From Candidatus Aldehydirespiratoraceae bacterium (GTDB lineage: Bacteria > Actinomycetota > Acidimicrobiia > Acidimicrobiales > Aldehydirespiratoraceae): DNA of 64,000 nucleotides. The stretch spans positions 509,586-573,585 of the forward strand of contig OZ240616.1 of the NCBI GenBank assembly GCA_965198315.1, given 5' to 3'. This document shows, in pieces, positions 19,858 to 29,058 of the stretch. Both the position numbers and the translations under genes were made by a program. Under the pieces are notes generated by a model. That model searched no databases, was not told the DNA's origin, and worked only from the letters and a program-made list of their open reading frames with translations. Every line of letters starts with the position of its first letter. Positions within the stretch are counted from its first letter, which is position 1.

Positions 19858-20421
19858 CTAGCCGGGGGAGCCGGGGGGTTCGATGTGTTCCTGGGCTGTC
19901 AGCCGGTCGATGATGCCTTCCAACCATTGTTTCTGCCGTTCGCTCAAGCCTTCGTCGGAGAACACGTTCTGCACCAGTGATTCGACTTGCTCGACTGTGT
20001 TGTAGCCGCACGCGCGCAGCAACTGTTCCACGTCGGACTCGTCGACTGAACGTGCCGCTCGGGCTTTCATCGCCAGCAGGTGATCATTGTTTGCGGCGAT
20101 CACTTTGAGGGAGGGATGGTCGTACACCACCGTTCCGCGGCGCTTCTCTGGTGGAGGCATATAGGTGGTCGCCTGCTCGTTGATCCAGGTGCTGGGCCAT
20201 CCGCGCTGTCTGGCGATCTGTTGCGCCGCGTCCATGACCGCGCCGTATCCTTCTTCGATCCAGGCGTCAATGTCGCGGGTGAGCTTGTCGGACTTGTTTG
20301 CCAGGATCATTGCAGCGCCGCCGGCCACATAGATTCGCGCCCGCTTGCCGCGTCGTTGAAGGACGACCGCGAGTTCGCTCAGTGCCTCCTGAAGTTCAGC
20401 TGCCGAGAAGGCGGGAGTCAC
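19858..20421 (-). CDS. minimal nucleotidyltransferase-fold protein (candidate TA component)
   Basis: 187 aa. The GTG start overlaps the upstream stop (GTGA). It has a G[GS]..D.D-type pattern, YVAGGAAMIL...TRDIDAWI. The family is not verified. Confidence 0.45.
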   Translation of the reverse strand: MTPAFSAAELQEALSELAVVLQRRGKRARIYVAGGAAMILANKSDKLTRDIDAWIEEGYGAVMDAAQQIARQRGWPSTWINEQATTYMPPPEKRRGTVVYDHPSLKVIAANNDHLLAMKARAARSVDESDVEQLLRACGYNTVEQVESLVQNVFSDEGLSERQKQWLEGIIDRLTAQEHIEPPGSPG

Positions 20422-20810
20422 ACGACTTCCAGTTCACGTTCGGCTATCCACATGCCGTGTACTTCAAACGCCGCTGGAGTGCTCATCATCACTGAGCCGC
20501 GCTCGAACTCGAAGTAGTGGGCCGGCCACCACATGCGCTCCAGATAGCGGTTCTCCTGCTGTGTCCATGCTGGCGTGGGCAGCTGAGCGTGGTAACTGAG
20601 ATGTTCGACGTAGGCCGCTAAGAATCCATCCCAGCGTTCGTCGAACGGCTCGGGTTCTTCCTCAACCAGTAGGATTCGAGCGGCCCTGTCGGCGTGCTGC
20701 CAGACCATCCCGAAGTCGTGCAGGATCACTCGCAACCGGAACGCGTCGTCGTATTCGCGTAGACCGGGTACGTAGCACGCCAAACGGTTTTCGGTGATCG
20801 TCTTGTCCAT
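20418..20810 (-). CDS. hypothetical protein, translationally coupled partner of the NTase-like gene
   Basis: 130-aa ORF with protein-like composition and no recognised motif, apart from a possible R-x5-H (RMWWPAH). Confidence 0.4.
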   Translation of the reverse strand: MDKTITENRLACYVPGLREYDDAFRLRVILHDFGMVWQHADRAARILLVEEEPEPFDERWDGFLAAYVEHLSYHAQLPTPAWTQQENRYLERMWWPAHYFEFERGSVMMSTPAAFEVHGMWIAERELEVV

Positions 20811-20937
20811 CGTGTTTGAAGTCTAACTTTTGCGAGAGGTCTCCTTGCCTGAGCCGACGCACGCGGTCTCGTGAGCATCCGGACATTCCACACCGCCGAG
20901 GGGGAGCCGGCCTTGTTGAGCTTGGAATGAATGTGGT

Positions 20938-21999
20938 TCAGGGGGCGAGGGTTGTGAGGTGCTCGACGGTGCAGGTTGGTTCGCTGGCGGTCAGCAGTGC
21001 GGCGGTGTCTGTTGGGTGATCGCCGGTGAGTGGGAGAATGGCGATGCTGATCGGGATGCCGGTGATTGTGGTTTCGCTGATTCGGAGGGTATAGGCGCCG
21101 TCGATGTCGGGCATGGCGTAGATGTGGGTGAGGAGGCTTTGCCCGCAAGCGGTGTCGGCCAGAGCTTGTTCGATCGACTCGTAACCTTCCTCGTCTTCGG
21201 TGACGATGAATCCGGCGAAATCCGTAGCAACCAGCTCGCGCCATCGGTCTGCGGTGTGGTCGATCAGCTCACCGAGGGATTCGTAGCTCTCGGCGGTTTC
21301 TATGTTGAGCAGAGTGTGGATCCTGGGTGGGTCGACAGTTGTGGCCGTGGTAGTTGACTCGGTTTGCTCTTCTGTGACGCTCTGCTCCGAGTCGTCGGAC
21401 GTCGCCATGTCGTCGCCCTCGTCTTCGAAATACTCGTCAGCCATGTCGTCGCCGTCGTCGGCCATGGCGGCGCTTTCGGGCATCGCCTCGGCCATGTCGT
21501 CGCCCTCGTCGGCCATGTCACTGTCGGCTGGCATGTCGGCGTCGAATACCATGTCTCCGTCGTCGGCCATGTCGTCGCCGTCGTCTCGGGCGTAATCATC
21601 GGCCATTTCGGCGCTGTCGGCGGTGGTGGCGCTCATTTCGTCGCCGGAATCTGAGTTGAAAGCGATCAGTGCGCCGACTACCCCGGCGAGTAGCACCAAG
21701 GTCGCGGCGATGGTTGCCAGTCGCTGCGGACTGAACGTGCGCATGGCTCTGACCGCGGATAGGTCGGTGATCCGGTCGCTGGTGGTGCTTTGCCACAGGG
21801 CGTTGTCGATGAGCCGGTCCACATCGGCTTCCGGTAGCGGCGTTACGGGGGTGGACAGCAAGTCTTTAGCGGCCTCGAATTCTTGGATGCGTGCTCGCAG
21901 TTCGGGGTCGGCTTGGATGCGAGCGACCTCGTCGAGGGTCGCTTCACCGTCGATGTAGGACGAAATGAGTTCGTCGTCGGAAGGGGTTGGATCACTCAT
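20938..21999 (-). CDS. anti-sigma factor, single-pass membrane protein with acidic repeat
   Basis: 353 aa. The start overlaps the sigma gene stop by 8 nt. It has an N-terminal anti-sigma helix ISSYIDGEATLDEVARIQADPELR and one TM (LATIAATLVLLAGVVGALIAF), followed by D/M/A-rich repeats. Confidence 0.65.
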   Translation of the reverse strand: MSDPTPSDDELISSYIDGEATLDEVARIQADPELRARIQEFEAAKDLLSTPVTPLPEADVDRLIDNALWQSTTSDRITDLSAVRAMRTFSPQRLATIAATLVLLAGVVGALIAFNSDSGDEMSATTADSAEMADDYARDDGDDMADDGDMVFDADMPADSDMADEGDDMAEAMPESAAMADDGDDMADEYFEDEGDDMATSDDSEQSVTEEQTESTTTATTVDPPRIHTLLNIETAESYESLGELIDHTADRWRELVATDFAGFIVTEDEEGYESIEQALADTACGQSLLTHIYAMPDIDGAYTLRISETTITGIPISIAILPLTGDHPTDTAALLTASEPTCTVEHLTTLAP

Positions 22000-22588
22000 T
22001 GGCTTGTTTGTTATGACGAATCTCGGGTGTGGGTTGGTTCCTTGAATTGCCGGGGTTCATGACGTCGACTAGTTGGCGTCGGCCGCGGGCGATCCGGGAG
22101 CGGACTGTGCCAGGCGCGATATTGAGCACTTCGGAGATTTCGCTGTAGCTGAGACCGGCCACGTCGCGCAGTACCACCGCGCTGCGGAATTCTTGGGCCA
22201 GTTGTTTGAGTCCGTTGTCGATGTCCATGCGAGCGGTGACTGTTTCGGCGGGGTCTCGGGGAGCACTGGCAGCCGTGGGGGCGGGGTTGGCTTCTTCGTA
22301 TTCGGACAGGCCGGGTGTGGGCTGTCGTTGTCGACGGCGTAGTTCGTCGATGCAGGCGTTGGTGGCGATTCGGTAGATCCAGGTTGAGAACTTGGAACGC
22401 CCGTCGAAGCGGGGGAGTCCTTTGACGACGGCTATGAGTGCTTCCTGGGTGGCGTCGAGGGCATCCGCGTCGTTGCCGGCTATTCGTCGACAGACTGCGT
22501 AGATGCGGCTTTGGTGCTTTCGCAATAGCTGATCGAGGGCCTGTCGGTCTCCTCTTTGTGCCGCGTTGATGAGGGTCGAGTCGTCCAT
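21992..22588 (-). CDS. ECF-type RNA polymerase sigma factor
   Basis: 198 aa with region 2 (DATQEALIAVVKGLPRFDGRSKFSTWIYRIATNACIDELRR) and region 4 (SYSEISEVLNIAPGTVRSRIARGR). Confidence 0.9.
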   Translation of the reverse strand: MDDSTLINAAQRGDRQALDQLLRKHQSRIYAVCRRIAGNDADALDATQEALIAVVKGLPRFDGRSKFSTWIYRIATNACIDELRRRQRQPTPGLSEYEEANPAPTAASAPRDPAETVTARMDIDNGLKQLAQEFRSAVVLRDVAGLSYSEISEVLNIAPGTVRSRIARGRRQLVDVMNPGNSRNQPTPEIRHNKQANE

Positions 22589-22624
22589 GGGAGCTTCACT
22601 GCGACCCTAGTACGAGTCGGTTCG

Positions 22625-23452
22625 TCAGCTTTGCAGGGCGAAGCCGATGACTCCGGGTCCGCCGTGGGTTCCGACGACCGGGCCAATCAATTCGACTCGT
22701 GCCTCTCTGATGTCGACGACCCCGTCGATCATCCTCAGGAAGTCGTTGAGGTCGGGTGCTTGTCCGTGCATGATGGCCAGGCTCTCCGGATCGTCGTACT
22801 CGGCGAGTTTGTCGCGGAGCCAGGCGAGAGCCTTCTTGCGGGTGCGTTGTTTGCTGGCTTCTTGGACCTCGCCGCTTGACAGGTCGAGGATCGGTTTGAT
22901 CGCCAGCATCGAACCGACGAGGGCTTGCGCTCCTCCGATGCGACCGCCTTTTTTGAGGTTTTCGAGCGTGTCGAGCGCGCCGAATACGTGTGTCCGGTCG
23001 CTGAGGTCGACCACTGCGGTTTCGATTTCGGTCGTTGTAGCTCCGTTGGCTGCCATTTCTGCAGCGGCGATCACGATCGATCCGAGTCCGACGGTTATTG
23101 AGCGACTGTCGACTACGCGGATGTCGCCGTCTATTGAGGCCGCGGCGGTCTTGGCGGACTGCATTGTCGCCGAGAGGGCTGCGGAGAGGTTGATGCAGAC
23201 GATGCCGGAAGCGCCGGCGTCGAGTTGCCGCCGGAAGGCTTGGTCGAAGCGGCCTGGCGCCGGCGCGGCTGTTTCGGGGAGCGTGTCGGCGGACGCCAAC
23301 TTGGTGTAGAACTCCTCGACGCTGAGTTCTTCGCGGTCGGTGTATTCGGTTTCGCCGAAGCGAATCGAGAGGGGCACGACTTCGATGCCGAGCTCGTCGA
23401 CCTCGTCGCCGCGAAGGTCACAGGCACTGTCGGTGACAATACGAACGGTCAC
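22625..23452 (-). CDS. DegV family fatty-acid-binding protein
   Basis: 275 aa with the MTVRIVTDSACDL start and overall DegV layout. Confidence 0.85.
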   Translation of the reverse strand: MTVRIVTDSACDLRGDEVDELGIEVVPLSIRFGETEYTDREELSVEEFYTKLASADTLPETAAPAPGRFDQAFRRQLDAGASGIVCINLSAALSATMQSAKTAAASIDGDIRVVDSRSITVGLGSIVIAAAEMAANGATTTEIETAVVDLSDRTHVFGALDTLENLKKGGRIGGAQALVGSMLAIKPILDLSSGEVQEASKQRTRKKALAWLRDKLAEYDDPESLAIMHGQAPDLNDFLRMIDGVVDIREARVELIGPVVGTHGGPGVIGFALQS

Positions 23453-25503
23453 AGTTCCTCCTGGTTTTGCTGGGGCTGGGTTGGCTGGGTTTGTTGGGTT
23501 TGGTTTGTTTGGGGTTGGGTTGACTGCTCATCGGCGCTTGCTTCTGCTGTGGTTGCTTCGGCGTCGGCTGTTTGGTCAGTAGCCGCGACGGTAGCAGCGG
23601 CGCGGTTGCGGCGTACGCGTCGAATCGTTCGGACCCACCATCCGCCGAGCACGATGAGGGCGATAATCGAGATGACTAGGCCCAGTCCGGAGATTGCTGT
23701 GGAGCGAATATCGATGACGCCTTCGTGGAGTTCGAGTTGCCCTCCGGGCGAGGTTATGGCCACTGTGACTCTGGCGTCTCCGGAGGCGAGTGTTTCGACC
23801 CGTACAGTGATTTCGTTGTCGCCCGGGACCAGGGTTCGGCTGAGTCGCGCTCCATCGGAAAAGCGGAGTTTTTCAGCGCTGAGCAGCAGGTCGACGGTGA
23901 TGGGAAGGGGTTGTCCGTTGCGGATGGTGATCCGCAGGTTGGCTTGTCGGTCGGTTAGCGTGATGCGTTCGGCTGGTTCGATGGTGATGTTGGCTGTTCC
24001 TGCGAGGACTGCCTCGAACACGCTGAGGGTGTAGGCGGAGCTTTGTTCGTCGCTCAGGCTGCTTGAGGCGGCGGCGGCCATGAGCGTTTCGAGTGCGGTG
24101 ATTGGTGTTCGCGCCGGGGCAACCATTGAAGCGTAGGCAACGACTGTTCCTCGGGTGACACCGATATCGGCTGCGCGCTGAGACAGATCCGGTGCTTGGG
24201 TTGGTGTCAAGGTGGCCTGGACTGGTCGCCCGTCTGTGTCGCGGGCGACGGGTACTTGTAAAGCCCGGGTGAGTGGGGATGTTCGGAGGTTGCTGCGTTC
24301 GTTGATGCCGTCTAGGAGCACTTCGAGTGCTGCTGGTTCGAGTTGATCGAAGTCGAACAGGATGGCTTTGTCGAGGGTGGCGTTGGCTGCTTCGATTGCG
24401 AGTTCGGTGAGTGCACGGTGGCCTGCCAGTTCTGGGTCGGCATGGTTCAGTGTTTGGCGCAGCGACGTGTCGATGGAGATGGCGGTCACCGCTGTCCCGG
24501 TGGCGTCGTGCAGTTGAATCGGCGCGAATTCGCTGCTGTCGGTTGTGCTGCCGGTGATCTGGTTGGGTGAGACCAGCACGGCTTGGGTGCCGTTGCTGCG
24601 CAGCAGTGCCAGCGTTTCGATCGTGGCGTCGGCATCGATTTTGGAGATGTTTGTGGGTCCGCGCCCGAGTATTTCTGAGATGACGGTGGCACCGTAGGTG
24701 TACTGGTCAGCGACGAGGGCGGTGTCGCCGGTTAGCCGCCAGGCTTCTTCATCGAGGTCGACCCAGGGGGCGTTCAGTACGGGCCGGTCGGCGATCAACT
24801 CGGCGAACTCGGTTAGCTGTTCGCTGCTGCTGATCGCCAGTGCTTGCAAAGTTTCGGGTTGCAGCGACACGGTGATGGGGATTTCACTGCGTTCCGCTAT
24901 TCGTTCAGCTCGAGCAAACAGGTTCTGGGTGTCGAGGTTGATTGTCTGGTCGGGTTGGATGGCGAGCGGCACGCTCAGGTCGGCGATGAAGGCGACGTGA
25001 AGTGTCGGTCGCGGCTGCTCTTCAAGTACAAGCAGGTGGGTGATGAGCGTGTCGATGACGTCGCCGTTGTTGTCTTCGAGGGTGATGACTACGGGAAGGG
25101 CGCCTTGGTTGATGCGCAGGATCTCGCCGATTTCTTCGTCTGGGATCTCGATCGAGAAGATTTCTCCGGTGCTGTTGAGTTGGCAGTGGGCCTCGTCGAG
25201 GGGTTCGTCCACGTCGCAGATGAAGTTGCTGAAGGGTCTTTGTTCGCCGAGGCCGGTGTAGCTGGCACGGATGTCTTCGCGGGTTGTGCGGGCCTCGTAG
25301 ATTTGTATGCGGATTGTCGAATCGGCTGGGGCGATGACTCTGAGGTCGATGGTTGCAGGGTCGTCGCCGACGAAGGCGGTTTGGGCGACGAGGTCTATGC
25401 GCCCGTCGTTTTGAGCGGCCGCAGCGGTGAGGTTCGTGATCGTCGCGAGTGGCACCAGGACCAGAGCCGCTAGCACGGCAGCGATGCGCGCTCTACCGGT
25501 CAT
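23449..25503 (-). CDS. large secreted, C-terminally anchored protein (positional equivalent of mycobacterial Rv3909/DUF6049-type protein)
   Basis: 684 aa from ATG 25503 (ATGA overlap with the GNAT stop). Signal peptide MTGRARIAAVLAALVLVPLATI, C-terminal TM LGLVISIIALIVLGGWW and a Q/T-rich tail. The 843-aa ORF-track version is an artefactual extension. Confidence 0.6.
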   Translation of the reverse strand: MTGRARIAAVLAALVLVPLATITNLTAAAAQNDGRIDLVAQTAFVGDDPATIDLRVIAPADSTIRIQIYEARTTREDIRASYTGLGEQRPFSNFICDVDEPLDEAHCQLNSTGEIFSIEIPDEEIGEILRINQGALPVVITLEDNNGDVIDTLITHLLVLEEQPRPTLHVAFIADLSVPLAIQPDQTINLDTQNLFARAERIAERSEIPITVSLQPETLQALAISSSEQLTEFAELIADRPVLNAPWVDLDEEAWRLTGDTALVADQYTYGATVISEILGRGPTNISKIDADATIETLALLRSNGTQAVLVSPNQITGSTTDSSEFAPIQLHDATGTAVTAISIDTSLRQTLNHADPELAGHRALTELAIEAANATLDKAILFDFDQLEPAALEVLLDGINERSNLRTSPLTRALQVPVARDTDGRPVQATLTPTQAPDLSQRAADIGVTRGTVVAYASMVAPARTPITALETLMAAAASSSLSDEQSSAYTLSVFEAVLAGTANITIEPAERITLTDRQANLRITIRNGQPLPITVDLLLSAEKLRFSDGARLSRTLVPGDNEITVRVETLASGDARVTVAITSPGGQLELHEGVIDIRSTAISGLGLVISIIALIVLGGWWVRTIRRVRRNRAAATVAATDQTADAEATTAEASADEQSTQPQTNQTQQTQPTQPQQNQEEL

Positions 25504-26327
25504 GTGAGTGTTCGGTACATGACTGTCAGGGGGTGTTCTTGGAGGGTGAACCCGAGTTTTTTGTATAGCTGCAGAGCGTTGTTGTTGGTTTTTTGGGTGT
25601 TGACCCAAGCGGTCCTTGCTCCGCGTCGGCGGATCCACCAGAGGGCGTCGTTGACTAGCAGCGCACCGATTCCTTGCTGCCGATAGGTGGGGTGGACGGC
25701 GAGTCTTTGCAGGTATCCGGTTCGGTCTGAGTGACCGGCGAGGGCGTAGCCGATTATTTGGTTGCTGGGGTTGTCGTTTCTTTCGTTGGTGTCGGGCGGT
25801 TCTGCGTGGTCGGAGCGGCGCATGATGCGGAGTCGGCTGGTGGGAGTGGCCTCGATCGAGTCTTGGAGTCCGTCGCGGTCGAAGTGCCAGAACTCGTCGA
25901 ATGATTGCCTGTCGAGGGTGAGCACGTCGTCCCAGTCGCGGCTGGTTCCGCGGCGGATTCTGGGGCGGCGGCGGTGCCATGGTCGCAGGCGTTGGCCGCG
26001 AGGTTGGCCACCTGGCCCGCTGGGTTGGCCGCCCGGCCCGCTGGCGGCGAAGCGTGGTTGGAGGTCGTAGCGCAGCACGTGGAGATGTTCGCGTTCGCTG
26101 AAGTCGTCGAGCAGGAAGGCGGCCCGTTCCGGTGGCGCGACTGCGGCTGTGACCACGGCTTGGAAACCTCGGTTTCGCAGTATGTTTCGGGCTGTTGAGA
26201 GTGATTCGCGGTCGAGTGTTTGGGCGGCGCTGAGCGGTACGAGGGTGGCCAGGTCGGCGCGGCCCTGCCAGCGTCCGGCGCGAAATCTGGCGTCGCCGAT
26301 CGTGAGCTGGGTGAGGGCCATGGTCAT
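25500..26327 (-). CDS. GNAT family N-acetyltransferase
   Basis: 275 aa with acetyl-CoA loop QRLAVHPTYRQQGIGALLV ... ALQLYKKLGF. Confidence 0.8.
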   Translation of the reverse strand: MTMALTQLTIGDARFRAGRWQGRADLATLVPLSAAQTLDRESLSTARNILRNRGFQAVVTAAVAPPERAAFLLDDFSEREHLHVLRYDLQPRFAASGPGGQPSGPGGQPRGQRLRPWHRRRPRIRRGTSRDWDDVLTLDRQSFDEFWHFDRDGLQDSIEATPTSRLRIMRRSDHAEPPDTNERNDNPSNQIIGYALAGHSDRTGYLQRLAVHPTYRQQGIGALLVNDALWWIRRRGARTAWVNTQKTNNNALQLYKKLGFTLQEHPLTVMYRTLT

Positions 26328-26380
26328 TGTTACGATACGTCGCTCTCCGTTGCGCAGGTAGCGCCCGGTAATGTCTTTGT

Positions 26381-27658
26381 GTGGCCGGCTACACCTACGA
26401 GCTTGAGGCAGTGTTGAAGCGGGCCGATCCGTTGGCGCAGGTGTTCGTAACTGCCGGCTATCGGTTTTTCTTGGTTGGCGGCGTGGTGCGGGATTACTTC
26501 TTGAAGCGTTCTGACGTTGGTCAGGATCTCGACGCCACTACTGATGCGCGACCTGACGCGATCAGGGGTTTGGTAGCTGAGTTGGCTGATGAGGTGTGGT
26601 TCCAGGGCGAGCGGTTCGGCACGATCGGCTGCATCATCGCTGGTCAGAGCTATGAGATCACGACGCACCGTGCGGAGTCGTATCGTCCGGATTCGCGTAA
26701 GCCGACGGTTGTGTTCGGCGATGACATTGTTGATGATCTCGTCCGGCGTGATTTCACGGTCAACGCTATGGCGATCGATATGGCCGATCATTCGTTGGTG
26801 GACCCGTTCGGGGGTGAGGCCGATCTGGTGGCTGCCGTGTTGCGCACTCCGCTCGAGCCTGAGGTTTCGTTGTCTGAGGATCCGTTGCGGATGTTGCGTG
26901 CGGCCCGGTTCTGCGCGAGTTGCGATCTTTTGCCGGCGCCGGAGTTGGTGGCTGCGATGACGGCTGAGGCTGACCGTTTGGAGATCGTTTCGGTGGAGCG
27001 CATTCGTGATGAGTTGCAGAAGTTGTTGTTGCTCGACGATCCGGCTTCAGGTTTGCGGTTGATTGATGACACTGGGGTTGGTCGGATGGTGCCGGTCGTT
27101 GGTGGCTGTGATGGCTGGGAGTCTGCTGCACCTCGTTTGCGAGCGGTGTCGGCAGATCCGGCGATGCGTTGGGCTGCGATGTTGAGTGCGTTGCAGGTCG
27201 ACAGACCGGGTCTGCGCTCGTTGAAGTTTTCGGGCGAGCTGGCCGGAGCGGTGAGGTGGTTGTTGAGTGAGGGCCGGAAGTTGTTGACGGCGGATCTGGC
27301 GACGCTTTCGGATCGACAGCTTCGCGAACTTGCTGGCGGTTGCCCCGCTGGTCGCACGGTGGAGGATCTGCTGACGTTTGTGGCTGGGTTGCGTCTGGGT
27401 GATGGGCTGTCGGGCGATGATGTGGACGAGGCACTTGGGCGACTTGGTGAGTTGCGCCACCGTGAGCCCGATCTGGATGACCCGGCCCCGTTGTTTGGTG
27501 GCTTGGAGGTGGCGGACATGCTCGGGATCGAACCGGGTCCCGAACTTGGCGAGGCGATGAACTTCCTGGTTGAGTTGCGCGTCGCTGAGGGTCCCCTTGG
27601 TGCCGAGGTGGCCGCCCGCCGGTTGCAGGCTTGGTGGTCTGACAAGCAGAGTCCTTGA
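26381..27658 (+). CDS. cca: CCA tRNA nucleotidyltransferase / poly(A) polymerase family
   Basis: 425 aa with head-domain motifs FFLVGGVVRDYFL, DLDATT and RRDFTVNAMA. Confidence 0.88.
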   Translation: MAGYTYELEAVLKRADPLAQVFVTAGYRFFLVGGVVRDYFLKRSDVGQDLDATTDARPDAIRGLVAELADEVWFQGERFGTIGCIIAGQSYEITTHRAESYRPDSRKPTVVFGDDIVDDLVRRDFTVNAMAIDMADHSLVDPFGGEADLVAAVLRTPLEPEVSLSEDPLRMLRAARFCASCDLLPAPELVAAMTAEADRLEIVSVERIRDELQKLLLLDDPASGLRLIDDTGVGRMVPVVGGCDGWESAAPRLRAVSADPAMRWAAMLSALQVDRPGLRSLKFSGELAGAVRWLLSEGRKLLTADLATLSDRQLRELAGGCPAGRTVEDLLTFVAGLRLGDGLSGDDVDEALGRLGELRHREPDLDDPAPLFGGLEVADMLGIEPGPELGEAMNFLVELRVAEGPLGAEVAARRLQAWWSDKQSP

Positions 27659-27821
27659 TCGGCTGCGCCGCGGCGGTTTGGACCGGCGGGGGTGCCTTTC
27701 GGTGGGGTGTGGGGTGTGGGGTCGTGCGGGTGTTTGGCCCTGTGGAGCGAATGGCTCGGCGGGTCTGTGTGTTTCGGTGGGGCGAATGGCTCGGCTGGGT
27801 GAGTGGGGCCCGTCGGCTCGC

Positions 27822-28457
27822 TCAGGGTTTGCGGGCGCGGGCGAGCAGGGTTGCGGGTAGGAGGTCGTCTTCGATGTGGCGTTCGAGCAGTGTGTCGACG
27901 ATGAATTTGGCGCGGCACAGCGATGACACGATGGATTCGATGGAGTGGATATAGCGTCCTTTGATCGGGCGAGTGCCGGTCCAGGGGCGGATTGTTAGAT
28001 CGGGGTTGTCCGGGTCGGCACACAGTGCCGCTGGGTGGGGGAGTGAGATGAGCAGATGGCCGCCGGGTTTGATGACGCGGTGGACTTGTCGGACCACGCG
28101 GTCGAGGTCTTTGACGTAGCACAGCGAGGTCACCGAGATTGCCAGGTCGATTTGGTCGGCGGTCAAGAAGGCCAGTTCAGCGAGTTGGGTTTGATGGAAC
28201 TCGACAGTCGTTTCGTGGTGTATCGCCAGCTCCCGAGCGGCCCGCAGTTGCTTGACGTGTTCGTCGATTGCGGTCACCCGCGCGCCTCGCAGCGCGAGCC
28301 CGACCGCAGCGTGTCCTTGGCCGCATCCCAGTTCTAGAACGCGTCGCCCGGAGACGTATCCGATGAGGCGTCGGTCGAGCGTGGGTTCAACGCCTGAGCC
28401 GAGGTCAACATAGTCAATAGGTCGGTCTGCTGGAGCCCTTGTGTCGTGCAGTTGCAT
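27822..28457 (-). CDS. class I SAM-dependent methyltransferase
   Basis: 211 aa with motif I VLELGCGQGHAAVGLA and a post-I acidic residue (VTAIDEH). Confidence 0.8.
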   Translation of the reverse strand: MQLHDTRAPADRPIDYVDLGSGVEPTLDRRLIGYVSGRRVLELGCGQGHAAVGLALRGARVTAIDEHVKQLRAARELAIHHETTVEFHQTQLAELAFLTADQIDLAISVTSLCYVKDLDRVVRQVHRVIKPGGHLLISLPHPAALCADPDNPDLTIRPWTGTRPIKGRYIHSIESIVSSLCRAKFIVDTLLERHIEDDLLPATLLARARKP

Positions 28458-28468
28458 GGCTCTGATTC

Positions 28469-28936
28469 TTGTCGTCGTGCGTGCAACATGCGTGGACGGT
28501 TACTGTGATGGGCGTGAAGATGGGACTGACTCAGGCCGTTGGTGGTGATGCGGGCATCGACTATCGCTTGATGCGCGAGATGACTCTGAGTGCTTGGCGT
28601 GACGGCAAGGTCGGTATTTCTGAGTTGTGCGATGCTCAACCGGAGTTGCGCCGCAACGCCGAGTTCTGTGGACGGCCTCTGGAGTTGCCCTGCCCGGTTT
28701 GTGAGACGGATGGGCTGGTTGAGGTCACCTATGTGTTCGGTCCGCGGCTGCCGGGGCATGGTCGCTGTGTCACTAGCGACAAGGAGATGACTCGGCTCGA
28801 TGCTCGCAAGCAACCGTCGCGTGGCTACGTGGTTGAGGTGTGCACGGATTGCGGCTGGAACCATCTGACGAGGAGCCGTTCGGTCGGGGGTTGTGCGGTT
28901 GAAGCGGTTGAGGGCGTTGAGGGAGTGGTGGGATGA
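28469..28936 (+). CDS. conserved actinobacterial small Cys-pair protein (DUF5318-like)
   Basis: Two CxxC pairs (CPVCETD, CTDCGWN). The true start is probably the internal MGVKMGLTQ. Family name is recalled, not searched. Confidence 0.5.
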   Translation: MSSCVQHAWTVTVMGVKMGLTQAVGGDAGIDYRLMREMTLSAWRDGKVGISELCDAQPELRRNAEFCGRPLELPCPVCETDGLVEVTYVFGPRLPGHGRCVTSDKEMTRLDARKQPSRGYVVEVCTDCGWNHLTRSRSVGGCAVEAVEGVEGVVG

Positions 28937-29058
28937 TCTCCAGGTTTTGGTCTTCTGGGGCTTGGAGTTGCACCGTTTGATCCGCTAGTCTGTGTTCACC
29001 GCCGGCAGCCACAGACCTACCTGGTCACAGAGGGCGCTGGACGGGAAAGGAGTCAGAC

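Noticed and set aside
25504-25980. N-terminal 159 codons of ORF 23449..25980
   Set aside because: This stretch overlaps the GNAT gene in another frame and is Pro/Arg-rich. A signal peptide starts at the internal Met (25503), which has an ATGA overlap with the GNAT stop.
27745-27798. Short direct repeat GCGAATGGCTCGGC (x2) and GGGGTGTGG runs between cca and the methyltransferase gene
   Set aside because: The repeat is only about 15 bp and lies in a G-rich convergent spacer. This is too little to argue for a functional element.
26788-28122. 444-aa minus-strand ORF covering the cca gene and beyond
   Set aside because: It is antisense to a well-supported gene, and its composition is almost pure Pro/Arg/Ser/Thr. 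This is a typical high-GC shadow ORF.
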